DNA of 63,888 nucleotides, the filler included, from Dugesia japonica (taxonomy: Eukaryota): assembly GCA_001938525.1 (NCBI GenBank). It is 5 parts of 5 records of this genome, joined end to end, with 100 filler letters (N's around TTAATTAATTAA, not from the genome) between each part and the next. Parts side by side here need not be neighbours in the genome. Positions count along the whole stretch, not along the records: positions 9,415 to 34,598 come from MQRL01582526.1; positions 34,699 to 46,386 come from MQRL01648175.1; 3 more parts are not named here. One strand, 5' to 3'. The first letter of the stretch is position 1. Each line of letters opens with the position of its first letter. Below the pieces are notes generated by a model that was given only the letters and a program-made list of their open reading frames with translations, ran no database searches and was not told the origin of the DNA. Positions 21,750 to 36,385 of this stretch are shown one piece after another. The position numbers and the translations under genes are program-made.

Positions 21750-23367
21750 GAAATATGGTTTTGTATATCGCAGCGTATCAATACGTGTAGTCCTTGTCGA
21801 CTTATTTTACATTTTGTTTTTTCTATAACTTTTTATCTATAAGGTTTGGTGATTGTTAACTATGTTTGTCTTACTCAAAATAAAGTTTTCTATTGAATAG
21901 ATACTTTGATGTTGAAATTCAAATTGCTCTTTCCAAAATTTAAAATTTCCTCCCAGACTCCCAAAATGAAGTACAAGTGTTTTCTATATAACTTTTTATC
22001 TATATGATTTGATGATTTTTCATTTACATATTTGGAAATATTGGAAGATTCTCTATTGAATAGATACCATTTTTCGAAAAACGTTATCAAATCCGAGAGG
22101 GCAGCTGAATATTTTTGTTAGGAAGCATTTTTACCGAGACGATATTTTAACTTTGCATAGTTACTTTTTCCTCCTGAGTCAAATGATACAAATTTGAAAC
22201 CATACGAGTTATGTACGCAGAGAAAATTGAGACCGAAATTCAAAATTTGAGATTTTTTACCACAAAACATTTATTTCATCCGGATAAACTTTGGTGATTT
22301 TAGGTTTGTATATTTGGAATCAGCGGATAAATCTCTATGTAAAGATGAGAAATGATTTTTTCGAAAAGTTTTATTTGTGAATAATAATCTCCATTGAATT
22401 CTGCATCGATTACTGTAAAAATCTCGACAAAAATGTTTTCAAAAAGTGTCGAAATTTCAGATTTCCCGGATTCCCATAAAAATTTAATTAAAAAATTTTT
22501 AAAATCTGAAAATTTAAACAAAAATGACTTAATTTAACCAATTTACCACAAAAGTTGAAAATATTTTTTAAAAACTTGAAAATTTAAACAAATTCGACTT
22601 TTTCAATGAATTACGTAGAAATTCATCCTAAATTGACCAACTCAGAGAAATAAATGACCAAAACGCCCAAAGATTAACTAAACTGATCAGTCCCGAGAAA
22701 ATATTTGACTAATATTGTCTAAAAATTAACTAAGTTACCATTCCCGAGTAAATAATTTACCGAACCACTCAAAAATTACCCAAACGGACCAAAACCGAGA
22801 AAAGATTGGACGCCATCACTTAAAAATTACCATTCCAGAGCAAATATTTGACTAATTTCACCTAAGCCAGCCAAAGATTGTCCACATTTGATCTCACCAG
22901 GAAAATTTTCGACCAAATATACTTGGTTCAATCAAAAATAGACCTCATTCGACCTCATCAAAAAAATTCCCAACACATAAAAAATTCTGCCACTTAAAAG
23001 CCTAAAAAATTCTCCTAAATACACATTAAAATTTCTACTGCTTAAAAAGCCTAGAAAAATTTTCCCAACTAAATACACATGAAAAATAAAAAATATTGGA
23101 TCACTTAATCCGATTACGTAAATTTCTCGACGATGAAATTAATTTTGTACACATAGATTTTGTTCATCGCCAAAATACACATAAAAAATACTGGCTCTCT
23201 AACGTAATAATGTCGCGACAAAATTAGTTGCATTATGCAACGCACACAAATGTGTGCTGCCACCTATTTACATTGAAAAAATACTGGCTCACTTACGTTA
23301 TAATCCCATTACGTCTGGTGGGGGAGGGTGGCACACATAATAGTCAGTCAACTACTATTCTACTACT
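21750..23367 (-). mobile_element. Repeat-rich terminal fragment, probably a Polinton TIR
   Basis: Ends ACTACTATTCTACTACT (reverse AGTAGT...); internal tandem repeats; inverted homology to 56960-57420. Confidence 0.55.
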
Positions 23368-25214
23368 TCTGATGTCTTGCTTTAAAAGAAAAGTGGACGA
23401 ACTATGATACGTACGACATATCAACAGGAATATTATAAAAGAAGCCCAGCATTGGAAGCAAATGACCATGCTTAAGGATATGATAAAAATTAAGTAGCCA
23501 AGACGGACTAGCGAAAAGATTAAGTAGAAGATTTAGAAAACAAGCTTAAAACGGTCCAGGAAAAGCTAAGCCTGCTAAAGTCTAACGTGGGTAAATTAAA
23601 CAACGCACAAAACAGATATCAGAGATGTGGACCGAAAGGAATCTGCCAAGTAGGCTGATAGCAGAAAGTAAGGAAAACAATATATTGGACGCTATGTTGA
23701 CCCAGGAAATCATGCAGCGAGCAATGGCAAACATGAGAAAAACATTGTGCGGAATGGTGAACTAGAGGTCGTTAAAGAGTGGGATAAAAGAAAAGAAAAG
23801 AAAATCGAGAAACCAAAACAAAAAGGAAAAGAGTTGTCATCGAGAGATGTCGAGTTACTAGAAAAACTGGAAGAAAAAGATGAGGAGATACTCTATCTCG
23901 AATATCTCTACGATACCATTTATCATGCGATTGCAAATCAGAAGCTGCTCAAGCAAGACAATACACCCAACGGCCAGGTTACAATTTAACAATTTTTACA
24001 AGAAATCTTTATCTAACAGGTGTGATAATCCTTTGATTTAAATAAACTATATGGAACTGATCGAAAAGTTACAAGAACTATTTATTTCTGTGTTCAATTT
24101 ATGTATATACTCAGTTATATAACTTTCATGTCTTGCTTCTTCTTGATTATTCTTATCTTATAGCCATGTAGTACTAATCTGTCCATATATGATATATAAT
24201 TAAATGCTCATGTAGTTTTTATGATTTAATTTTTTTTTTGATGACTATGCTTGGAAACTCAATTCAATCCAATCCTAACCAATCCAATTCAGGTCACCAG
24301 TCGAATTCTCTAGAATACTGATTTGGGGACCGAATCTCAACGGACACCGGAATAATCTGTTGGGACAGAACCCAATCAATGTTTAAATAAGTGTAAACGA
24401 GTTCAGTAAAATTCAAATTAAAGAGCGGATAAATTAAGTAAAAAACGAGAATTAAAACAAACTTTACTTTTTGAAAATCAATAACAAATCACAGAAAATC
24501 TCAAAACATTCAGATGAATTTCAATTAATATTCAAGTCATTTGGATTCCAATCAGAAAATAACAAATAAATCTAAACAAATGGTAAAATTAAAAAGTAAA
24601 ACAAAATAAAATTACCATAAAATTGTCATATAATCGCGAAAATTGATTAATTGTTGGAATAAGTCGAATAACCTAGAACGAATAACCAATGAGGTTGGAA
24701 TTGAAACCATAATCGACTATAAAAAAGTCCTGAAAAACACAAAAATTAATTCATTTTTAAAACAAAACTCAAAGCTTACCGAGTTAATTGTTCCAATTAA
24801 TCAGAGGCATAACTAACAGAATCAATTTCTAGTGAAACCAATTTTAGATTTTTAAAATTAAAATTCTAACCATTTTCAAAATTTTCAATTCGTCACGCAA
24901 GCTTCCGTGGAAAATTCAACTTGCTTCAGGAATCGCAAAATCAATCGACAAGTCACGAACGTTTCATCGAGCAAATAGAGAATTAATTCCAAAATCCAGG
25001 AAATCAGTCTGTCAAAATCAAAAATCTCTCTTTGATTTTTGAATATAAAAGTTATTTCAATTCTTCAGCAAATTTAAGAAAATTTAACTATTAGCAGTAG
25101 AATTATTGCTCCAAATAGAAATAAAATCAAGAGTAGAATCGTAAGAAGAAATAGAAATAGTGGAAGAAAAACAATTCTAATTTGCGTATCATTTGCTTAC
25201 ATAGAAAAATTCGG

Positions 25215-25650
25215 AAATACTAAAACCGGAGCTTTCATTAGTTCAGCTTTTAAATTTTTAAAAGAAATTTCACACTCATATGTCCAGTATATTTTTTCTG
25301 GTTACTACCACATAGATTTTCTAAACATTTTGAATACTGTGTGTAATCCTTTATAAATTTCCTATAATAATTTACGAGGCCTAAAAACCTTCTCAACTTT
25401 TTAACACATTTTGGGGTTTCAAAAATAAAAATTGCTTCAATTTTTGGTCTATCAGTATGAATTCCTTTTGAATTAATAATATGACCCAGAGTTTTTATCT
25501 CGATTTTCATGAAATGGCATTTAGATGGACTTAATTTTATACCAGCTTCTTTTATAAGTTTCAAAACATTGTCAACTCTCTTATAGTGTTCTTTAATAGT
25601 TTCGGAAAAAATTAAAATATCATCTAAGTAAACCACTGCTTCCTTCCAAT
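25215..25650 (-). pseudogene. Gypsy reverse transcriptase fragment
   Basis: VYLDDILIFS, KLSPSKCHF, LGH, RFLGLVNYYRKFI. Confidence 0.93.
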
Positions 25651-26739
25651 TTAATGGACATAAAACATCAAAACATAAGACATCAAATTTTTATTTGAAT
25701 AAATATACAATTTACAAAAATAAATCTTCGATCAACTTGGCGAATTTTTTCAAAATTGTATTTGTTTATATACTTATCATACACACCAAACCTCAAATTC
25801 ACAAAGAGAAAAATCCAATGAAATGTTTTATCAAATTATAATTTATCTAAAACTTCTTGCATTCATGGTTCTACCAATGAAAAATTGATAAATATAAAAT
25901 TCTCAAGATCATTCTCTATTTGTAAATCTACCAATAAAAATGATTTAGCCATGCTGATCACTCATTGGTTGCACGTCAACTCTTCTTTGACGAAACAAAA
26001 GAGGATTCGGGATCTACTCCGAAAAAAACTTTATATTGATTCTATTTTCAAATATATTTGTCATAAAACTTTATTTATTTTAATTACAAAATTTGATCGA
26101 TTTTGCTAAGGGTTTAGATTGTTATTTAATCAGTTGAAGTTTTTATTATATTTACTGAACTGTGGATCATATATTGAATGGATCCTCACCATTTGAAATG
26201 ATTTGTGCTTTTTTTACAGGTCTATTTTCATCTATTGCAATTACTCGGCCATATCATTAAATATTTACAAAGTACATGAATGTTTTTTCTCTTTTCATAT
26301 TCAATTAAATCGTTTTGTTATTAAAAGAATTTTATAATTTACATAATCTCTCGGGATAAACAACATTCATTCATAGATTTTACGATTTCATAAATTATAT
26401 TCACTATTTACATTAAANNNNNNNNNNNNNNNNNNNNNATAATTTAACTACTAATTACTGATATGTATTATTGAGCCTTTGTTTAGGGCCTTACAGGAAT
26501 GTAGCTATTTTAATACTTTGTTTTGTAATCACTAATTATCTAATATCTTATTATTCATGATTGCTACAACTTTATTTATAACCAAACTAAATCAAAAAGA
26601 TTTACTGCTTTGTTTTTGAGTAAGGTACAACTGGATTTGGATTTACTTCTATTAGAAAAGTTCTTTTAGTTTTCAAAAGTTCTTCTTTTTTTTAATAAAG
26701 TCGTTGTAAAATTATCATTAATTATTTTTCGATTACTAC

Positions 26740-27400
26740 TTTTTGTCTTGATTAGTGCATTGAAAATAAATTAAGTATAAAGTATGTTACAGACATGCTT
26801 CGCAAAACGAAAAAAGAAATGAAAGTAACACCGCCAGCCGACATTTTCGAGTTGTTATTTGTAGATCTGTGTGGACCATTGCAGGAGGCAACAGGCCAAA
26901 AAATATGTTTACGGTATAATAGATCAATGTAGTAAGTATCTAACCTTGAAAGCAATGACAAAACAAGATGAAGATACTATACATAAAGCAATAATGGAGA
27001 AGTAGATATTAAAGTTCGGTGTCCAAGAAAAATTAGAGTTGATTGTAGAAGAGCATTTCAGTATAAATCTATGAAAGATTTTGCAACTGAACATGTAATT
27101 AACCTCTAGGTTTCAAGTCTATATCATTATAAAACAAATGGACAAATCATGATGTAGTATAGAACTATGCTAAATTTGATAAATGTGACACTTAAAGAAA
27201 GGAAAACCTTAGAATGGGTGAATGTATTCCCTGAGATAGAATTCGCTTTGAAAGCTACAAAACTTGTGAAAATCGTATTTAGGAAAAAAGTAAGCAGAGA
27301 AAAATGGTACGAAAGAGATATTCAAAGAGTGCACAAAGACCAAGAAAAAAAGATACTGTTAGATAACGGATATAATATATGGTTACGTAATTAGAGGAAA
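26740..27400 (+). pseudogene. Gypsy integrase core remnant
   Basis: FELLFVDLCGPL, IRVDCRRAF, YHYKTNGQ, W..VFPEIEFAL across frameshifts. Confidence 0.85.
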
Positions 27401-27849
27401 AGTCAAATAAATAATGAAGTTAAATAATATATTTTTATTTCTAAATAATATCTTTATATTTAAATTAATGAACAATTAGTACTAATGAGTAATACTAATG
27501 AGTACTAATAATGAGTAATTTAATTATGTAAACACTTTAATTATTCAAAAAAACAAGTGATAAATATAAGCCTACAATAAATTATACACTAACGTGAATA
27601 TTACATCTGTTTCTAATAATAATAATTAAATTGTTAATTCCAAGTTAATGATAATAAACGCAATTGATAATACTCTAGTTAGTAATTCAAGGTTCAATTA
27701 ATACAATGAATCAGATTAATAATAATTAACAATTACAATTCTTTTCAAACATCTTAAGTCTCGTGGCTATTCATTATTTCTACCTTACTGTCTCATTTTT
27801 CAAACAACTTCAGATCAAAACCAAATAAAAAATTTCTATATTTTACTAA

Positions 27850-30800
27850 TTTTGTTACGTTTTTAGGATTTTATTTATAACAGAAAGTCTATGTCAAACT
27901 TTATGTAACTCGCTTTCATCTTTAACAATTCATTGCATCTTTTAGAGGCATACCTTAAATCCACAGGCATTTGTGCTACCTCTGTGACATGCCCTTCTTT
28001 CCACGGATACAGCGCGACTTTGTGGTATCGCGTTTTACTTACTAAACCTATGAACCTCAACAGTAATCTTGCTCAGATGCTCAGTTAATATTCGACTTAT
28101 GATAACACTTTATCAAACACAATCATAATTCAAACAACCCTATTGACATCAATTAACATTTCTTTTGATTTTTACAATTTTCTTTTTCATTTACTTTTCT
28201 GCGTCCAAATCGACTGTTTTATCCGTCGTTTTGGCTAACTCCTCCGGTGTCCGATAATTCAACCACAACTTTCGCAGAGTGAATAGCATTGTGGCCTCAC
28301 GGTCCGCATATATTTTGATGACGATTGGCCTGCTTGAGAGCCAATTCTTTCTACTTCAATTGAGCATGCTTGCCCTCTGCTTTCATATTGACTCCTTTTA
28401 AACGGAGGATCTCGTTCCACATCTCCCTATTTTCCTCCTTCCATTTTTTCTGAGCGGCCAACACCTCCTGTTTTGAAATCATTTCTTCATTAAACCTGTT
28501 CACTAAATCATAAGAGAAGTTAATTTTAATTTAATATGTACAAACACATGTATTAATAATCAAATAAAACATTTTAATTTTATTTTTATTTAATTCTAGC
28601 ATGTTAAATTGTTTTGTTATTCCACGGTACCTGTCACATCTAACTGTAACCAAAATTTTATTTCTCTATTTTAACACAATTACAAAATCAAAATAATTAA
28701 TAATAAAAGTTTTGCATTGTTTCACTACTGCCTCTGCCGCTCATTTAATTTCACAAGTAAAATTATGTGACTTACATATCACACTCAAATATTCAAACAA
28801 ATGACCAATGGCCAAATTAATATCAAACATTTATTGTTCACAATGACATTTATTTATATTTTTTTTGACTGGCCGATTTACATTCAGACTCATAAGTCCT
28901 CGTATTATTTGTAGTTCTTCTGCTTCATCAACAACCTCGCTTGTGTTGGAGAGAGATTGTATATCTGTTATCTTTAAGAAATCGTTGGACAACTTCTCTT
29001 TGAGCAGTTTTAAATGGTACGTAAAGACTCTCGTGTCTTTTCAATTTGGCACTCGAGAGATTTAATACGAGTGTTTTTTATTGCTAGTTGGAGACAAGCT
29101 GTTTCTTTGTCGGCTTCCAAATCTCTAATCTCGTCGCGAGAAACTTAGGCCTCTTTTTCCAAGATCGTTTGCACCTCTGACCACTCAATATAGTATCTTT
29201 CCGATTCATTGATGTAGAGCTAGATGCAACGAGGTCTCTTAAGCGTTCTCTGTCGTTTGAGCATCTATGAGATTCAAATTAAACAGTATTTATAAATTAA
29301 AATACAAAAAAGTTGATAAAAAATAAAAAAAATTGATTAATTTTGTTTCGATTCTTTGGTCTACGGCCTAACATTTTCTGGTTCTTCCGCTTCTATAGCA
29401 CGGATCAGAGAAGATGTCAATTAACGCAGCCATCGTATCTAATCCTTGCTGCTCTATGCTCTCTCAAGAATTTCCTTAGCGGTTTATTTTATATAACAAT
29501 AAATAAAATGAAATAAAATAAAATAACAAAATTTATTAGGCAAAATGATTCAAAAAAATTTGCATAAAATATTACGATACTCAGGTCATGATGTTACTGG
29601 AATTTGAACATAATTACTTTAAGATAAAAATTTATGAAAAATAAAAATAAATATCTTTTATCAACAAACGGGAATAGGATTTGAAATAAAATATTTTCTT
29701 TCTACAGTAAAAAAAATCTTTAGATGATACCATGACAAAATAAAATCAATTTAGGAGGGTCAGACAACTTCCAACGATGATAACAGGTAGAATGATAATC
29801 GATTTCCCAGAAAGCCAAACATTTCTCTCATCCCTTGTCGACACCGTGTAGTGATCAAACACAAAATTTTCAGATAATATTCATATTAATTGCTTCGTGA
29901 TTTTCCATTTTTAATTACTGATCGCGTTCTCATAATGATTATAGTGATTTATCATTTGGACTTTCATAATAATTTTTGACAAGATTTTTCCAATCACCCC
30001 TTTGGATGTCTTAAATTATTTACGATACTATTCATCAATTGACACTTTAACTTTCTTCCGTAGCCTCTCATGATTCTGACCATTGTCATTTTAGCATTTT
30101 CACAAATGATTTTATCGGGATCACTCTGATTGATACCTCGATTTTTCACAGACAACACTTATGGCTCTAATAGTTTTCTGGATTTTTTTCAACAATTTCA
30201 TCCTGACCTCAGTTAGTTAATATGCTGCCTTTCATCAACTACTGATACTCCGGATTCCCTCAAAATCGTTATAGTCGGATTGTCACAAATTAATACTCCG
30301 GGTTTTCATATAATTTCTTATTTTATCCGTTATTAGTTTGAACTTTTATTCTTCCTCATTTTATCAATTAATAGTATGATCTTATATTACTCCCCATTTC
30401 ATCATTTAGTAGTCGGAACTTTCAGCATTTTCCATTTCACTAATTAACAGTCCAAACTTTTTCAAACGATCTCAAATCGATTTAGAGAAGCAAAGTTTTA
30501 AATTTTCTGAGAACACAATCAGCAGATTCCATCTGATGGGCACTTGGAACACATGAAGAATTTTTTATAGAAGGTTTAACATTTAAGCGAAATCAAATAC
30601 ATAAACATAAGATTTACTTTTTATTTATTCTCATAAAATATGTCGATATCCAAATAGATTGTCACTCGGATCCAAATTAATAGCGATAAGTAAAAAATCC
30701 GAGATATATTTTTTCTTTAAAACTTTTAATCAGATTGAAATAAAAATTGTCCTCTTTTCTGCTGGTATTGTCCAGTTTTATTGCAACTGGCAAACATGAA

Positions 30801-31100
30801 AATTGAGAAAATGAACTGCTGGTTAGCCAGCAAATCAGAACGGTTAATTCTCCTTTTACTATAGCTGATTGAAGGCCAGTCAATATTTTCTTGGTATGCT
30901 TCTCTCTCTTTGTTGGGTGTGATTTCATCCAACACATCAACTTACATTTTCCAAATTATTCAGCCGGTCACCTCGTATGACTTCTGAATAATCGGTTTTG
31001 TTTCTATGCAAAGTCCTTGTCTGAATCATGGTGAATAAGCTGTTTTTGTTGTTTATTTGAGATTTTTTCGCCTGATTCAAACAATGCACGACGACTTGAC
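27850..31100 (-). pseudogene. Highly degraded retroelement-like coding relics
   Basis: Knuckle-like ICGP*GHNAIH (~28290), LDEITP.KER and FDHYT fragments; weak. Confidence 0.3.
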
Positions 31101-31561
31101 CAAAAATAATTGATGAATTATTAATAATATCAAACGCTAAGTAGCGTTAGTATACTAATTAAAAATTGTCGTAGAGACTTTTTTAATATATTATTATATT
31201 ATTGTAATTTATTTTTATTATCTAACTATTTGTTCGCTTCTTGTACATATAATTTTCATTTCTGTATTTATAAATTAGGGTGTCTTACGCTCCATTTTCA
31301 TTTTTTTCGATATATTATAATGATTCTATAAAAATAATAATAATTATACAATAATAATGATAATCGTAACGCTAATTTCTAGTTCAGAGCATCGTAATTT
31401 TGTGTTTTAATTGTTTTTTCCAAACTTTCGTTCATTATTATTCTATTTAGATCTCTTTTCTTTCTTTTCTCAAATTTACGTTTTGTTTTGTGCGTTCTAG
31501 CCCAACAATTTTAATCTGAATATATTTTTTAACTTTTACTCACAAATACTTATAAATACAA

Positions 31562-31745
31562 TTCAAGGTTGATGATGAGGTCTTGGTAAAAGTTGAAACA
31601 AGAACCAAGATCGATTTGAAGGACCCTATATGATCAGTAGGAAGGTTCAAGACAGAAGTTACATCTTGAAGATACAAACGGAAAAGTCTTAAAAGAAACG
31701 TAGAGAAGATCAAAAAATTCTTAAAAGGGAAATGTGAGATATAAT
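31562..31745 (+). mobile_element. Gypsy integrase C-terminus, polypurine tract and start of 3' LTR
   Basis: FKVDDEVLVKVETRTK..RFEGPY; AAAAGGGAAA (31723-31732) followed by TGTGAG. Confidence 0.75.
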
Positions 31746-32099
31746 CAAATTTCTGATTTTCAACAAAATATATTTTCTATTGTATTTTTAAAATTTTACG
31801 TAATTTATTAAAATTTTAAATAATATGTAATATTTATTTTTATAAATATTTTTTATTTTTCGTTTAGAATATAAATTTTTAAATGTTTTTGAATAAAACA
31901 AATTTGCATTCATTGTTTTTGTTTTGTAAATATTTTATAAAAGCTAGTTGTGAATTTAATTCTTCGATGAGTTTTCCAAACTATAAATTTTTTTAATGAA
32001 TATAAACTATTAATTAATTAAAATAAATTATCTTAATTCCTATTGATTGAAATTCTTTCTTATAATTTCCATAAATGATGAAATAAGAATTTGCTTAGA

Positions 32100-32996
32100 G
32101 TAAAGATTGTTAAATGACGTTAAAGCAAGACCAATCTTTTCTATTTCAAATGATGAGGAAATGATGATCATTTTATATGGAGCTAAATAATTAACTTAGA
32201 TATATTTAGGTGATGCTTGCTATCATAGAAATAACATTTGACTCAAAATGTAAAATTGCTTTTTTTGGCAAAAAGATGCTCTATATTATTTTAAAAGAAT
32301 GCCAATTGGAATTGCTGATTCTTCTGCAACTTTTCAGAAATTGATGAATAAAGTTTTAGATTCCGTAAATTGAAAAATCAGTGATTTATCTAGATAATTT
32401 TTTCAAAACTTTTAAAGACTATAATAAAATAATTGATAATATTTTAAAACGTAAAAAAGAAACTAGTTAAGAAATAAGTCCATCTAAATGTCCTTTCATT
32501 GAAAACTAAATCAAATTTCTGAATTTTTTTATTAATTTAAAAGGTATTCATACTGAAGACGACATAATTGAAGCAATATTTAATTTTAAAACTTTAAATG
32601 TGTTAAAATGTTGAGAAAGTTTTCAGGTCTCGCAAATTAGGACTATGTTCAGAAAGAAAAATCAAACTGTTCAGAAAATATTTATTGTAATAACCAAAAT
32701 AAATTATACTGGACAAATAAATGCAAACACTCCTTTCAAAATAGGAAAGTCGGACAAATGAAAGCTCCAATTTCGATATTTCAAAGCTTTTCTAAAGAAT
32801 TTACATTGTATACTGATGCCAGTTTTGATAGAATAGTTGCAATTTTAAGTCAAATTTTTAGTGATGGTAAATAAATAGTTATTGCTTATGGATCCTAAGC
32901 AATGAGTTAACACGAGTTGGGTTATTGCCTTACAAGGAAAGAACTTTTAGCGATTGTTTACTTCACAACATTTTAAACGTTATTTTGTTTGGCGGA
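32100..32996 (+). pseudogene. Gypsy RT-RNase H remnant
   Basis: RMPIGIADSSATFQKLMNKVL, VIYLD, FTLYTDAS..IVAILSQ, YCLTRKELLAIVYF. Confidence 0.85.
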
Positions 32997-33005
32997 GATA
33001 AAAAT

Positions 33006-34513
33006 GGTAACCGGAAAGAACAGAACAAGAAAAAACAGAACACAAAAAATAGAACAAGGAAAGAACACAACATGAAAAAGCAAAAGAGAAGAAGGAGAAC
33101 AATGAAAAAACAGAACTAATAAAAAAAGAAGACCTTGTATTTATATTTAAATAAGGTATGACGTAAATTATGGCATTTAAAGTATTTTAATTTATTGTTT
33201 TGCATGTGTTCTATTGGTTTTATGACCTAGATATGTTCTTTAAATATTGAAAATACTAATGAAAAATTATTTTAATTAAAGACTTTGTTGTTAATATAGT
33301 TTAAAGAATTGTTGTTTATTCTAAAATTTTAATTTAATAAATGACCAATTTCCTATATCTTAATTTCTTTTACAATTATAATTATAATTCTAAAATTGTT
33401 AAACATAGAAAAATCTAGAAATTATAGAAATTCAATTTATTTTCAATTCTATAATAGCCAAACGACACAAAAAGAAAATAGATCTCTTGTCTACCAAGGT
33501 TATGAATATGCAAAAAATAGAAAAAAACCAGAAAGAAGTGACTAAGTGAAGATGCAGAGTTTATTTTTCCACAAAATGCAACGCCTTTTAAAAACGCAGA
33601 AGGGAAACATTAATGGCGAAATTCCCAATCACTGTCATGATTCGAATCCACAGAAAGCAGAAGCAAATATTTTGAAGACTAAAATGAAGGATGCTATGAA
33701 GGCTGTGTGGACTACTCCACGAAATCTAATGAGTAATGCATATATTCAAAATCCAACTACAACTGAATTTTTTAAACCTGAACAATATTTGGATCTAATT
33801 TTACATGATAGGTAGAGATGATTCCGATAGAATTCTAGCAATTGGAAGTGTATATTTGCTTAAAGAATTAAACAAAGATGTTATTTTTGGAGATGGAACT
33901 TTTGATAAAGCACCAAACATTTTTTACAAACTTTATACATGTCACGCTAAAGTTGGAAATTCATTTCTACCCTGATTTTATTTTCTTCAAAAAAAAGGAA
34001 TTTTTATGCATAACGTCGAATGTTTGCCATTCTGCAACAGTTAATACCGAATATGGCGCAAGATAAAGTTCTTTTGGATTTTGAAAAAGCTTTTATGTCT
34101 GCCGCTCAGGCCGCTTTTCCACTGGCAGAAGTAAAATAATGTTATTTGCACCTTACCCAAAGTTTAATTAGAAAAATTAGCAAGGTTGGCTTAAAAGTGT
34201 GTATGAATCGGACATTAATATGAGACTAAAACTAAAATCTCTTTCCGCTCTGTCCTTTGTTCTATTAGAAGATGTAAGAAATATATTTGATGAATTTTTT
34301 GTGACATTCCCCAACGATAAGCATTGTAATGAAATTATCACTTATTTTTTTCAACTTATATCGAAGGAGCCACAGAAAGATTATCTCAATTTTCCATTAT
34401 GATTTGGAACCATCATGAAGCTATTTCCAAAAAATGTCCGTAAACTACAAACTGCTTTTTCTTGTTTTGTTTTATGTGTTATGTATTTTCTTGTTCGGTT
34501 TTTTCATGTAACC
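33006..34513 (+). mobile_element. Mutator-like element (MULE) with TIRs and 9-bp TSD
   Basis: GATAAAAAT at 32997-33005 and 34514-34522; GGTAACCGGAAAGAACAGAACAAGAAAA versus TTTTCTTGTTCGGTTTTTTCATGTAACC. Confidence 0.9.
33440..34455 (+). pseudogene. FLYWCH-MULE transposase
   Basis: LVYQGYEY..HCH, FGDGTFDKAP, LLDFEKAFMSAAQAAFP, CYLHLTQSLIRK, WNHHE; multiple frameshifts. Confidence 0.9.
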
Positions 34514-34598
34514 GATAAAAATACGTGAGAAAAACTGAAAAATTCTAATTCAAAATTTCTTCGAAAATTTAAGTTAATTATTATTGTGAGTTCTTATT

Positions 34599-34698
34599 NN
34601 NNNNNNNNNNNNNNNNNNNNNNNNNNNNNNNNNNNNNNNNNNTTAATTAATTAANNNNNNNNNNNNNNNNNNNNNNNNNNNNNNNNNNNNNNNNNNNN
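34599..34698. other. Artificial contig spacer
   Basis: N44-TTAATTAATTAA-N44. Confidence 0.95.
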
Positions 34699-35623
34699 TT
34701 TCTTCTTATTCCATGAAATTAATATTCGATATTACAAATTTCATGTAAAACTTTTTGTTAGTATTTTCAAAATCAAATGAAATTTCTTAATTCTTTTTAT
34801 TAGGAATCAGTTTTTAATAAGCATTTTTAATTATTTAAAAAATTTTAGGTTTTTACTTTGATTATTATTTTTTTATTAGATCTGAACGAATCATTTCAAC
34901 ATAAAGTGATTTTCAATAAATGTATTTTGAGTTAATTTCTTCTAATCTAATTATACCCTAAAATTAATGCCATTAACTTTATTTGTAATCATCATTTAGG
35001 GAATCACACAAAATTTCAGTTGTAATACTTTTAGAAAACATTATTTGGAAAATAAATTCCAAAATTTATTTAAATAAGTTCAAGCTTAGTAAATCAATAT
35101 TTACATTATGCTTGATAATCATGATAATGAAATACGGAAAAGTCAGTAGATATATTCGCATAATATAATAATAGACTGCAGTAATACAATTACAGCACAC
35201 AAAATAAATGGGTAAAAATCAAATTTTCTTACAGAATTAATTAGAAATTTGATGAAGAAAAATCAAAATTAAAATCACTATTTTTGATTTATGTAAAAAA
35301 AAANNNNNNNNNNNNNNNNNNNNNNNNNNNNNNNNNNNNNNNNNNNNNNNNNNNNNNNNNNNNNNNNNNNNACTCGGACAGTATCAAAGTTTTACAGAAA
35401 TTATTTTTGAAATTTAGTCCAATTATGCTTTTTTATGCTAAGAAATAATTTTTATGGATTGTTTTAAATTTTATTGAATTTATGTCTTTTTGATCCATTA
35501 TTTTAAATTCACAAAGTTTCTATGCCAAATTTTTATAAATAAATTTTTTGTTTATTGAGAAAAATTATTTTTTATTTATATACATTGAATATTCTTTGTT
35601 TGTTAATCAATAAATTTTAACAG

Positions 35624-35659
35624 ACCCAATTTATGGATGAGACATGCAACTACTCATGA
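35624..35659 (+). CDS. Candidate 36-nt exon of the MARK/PAR-1-like gene
   Basis: CAG acceptor and GTAAGT donor; phase-compatible with the next exon (PNLWMRHATTHE). Confidence 0.6.
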   Translation, partial: TQFMDETCNYS

Positions 35660-35883
35660 GTAAGTGTAAACTGTTTTTTTCTAATTTCCTTATTTAGTAA
35701 TTGTTTTGCATGCTTTTCAATCGCTTATTTCCAATCAATATATTGATAAGCACGGTATTGGATTTTTTTGGTTGAACTGGGATAGAGTTGTTGCGTTTAT
35801 AGAAAATTATTTGATAATTTATTTTGTTTAATTGTTTTATTTGAGTTCAATTTTTTGACTAGCAGTCATATTTCTTATTATAG

Positions 35884-36385
35884 GAAATTATCCAATCCAT
35901 CTCCTAGTATAAATCGGTCTCCATCCAATCAGGATTCCGCATCAATGGGTCAGGGAACAATGCAAAGACCCCATACAAATCAGAATCGTTATATTGATAC
36001 AAAAGAAAAATGGTCTAATTTTCCTACTGAAGCATCACCATCCCCATCTCCTTATTTTCTCGATCGAACAGGACGATACGGACAGTCAAATAAAGCCACT
36101 AATTACGATATGGAAAATCTGATAACAAGTAGCTGTGCAACAAGTCTTACCAGTAGTGGTTCATCTCTAGCAAATCACAGTAATAAAATCCAAACCAAAC
36201 CGAGAAATTTTCGATTTTCTTTCCGTACAGAAGTTACTAGTAAAAAGAATCCAGAGGAACTCATGGCAGAAATTAAAAGAGTATTGGTAGCATTCCACAT
36301 TGACTATGAACAACGTTCAAGTTTTGTGCTGTTTTGTACATACGGTGAAAGCACTGGAGAAGCAGTTATCCAATGGGAAATAGAG
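35884..36385 (+). CDS. MARK/PAR-1-like kinase penultimate exon (Ser-rich spacer plus first part of KA1)
   Basis: KPRNFRFSFRTEVTSKKNPEELMAEIKRVL...DYEQRSSFVLFCTYG...VIQWEIE aligns with MARK KPRSLRFTW...VQWEMEV. Confidence 0.9.

Noticed and set aside
18148-23367. A single Polinton bounded by AGTAGT and ACTACT
   Set aside because: No TIR match beyond the first bases and the flanks differ (TTTGTA versus TCTGAT).
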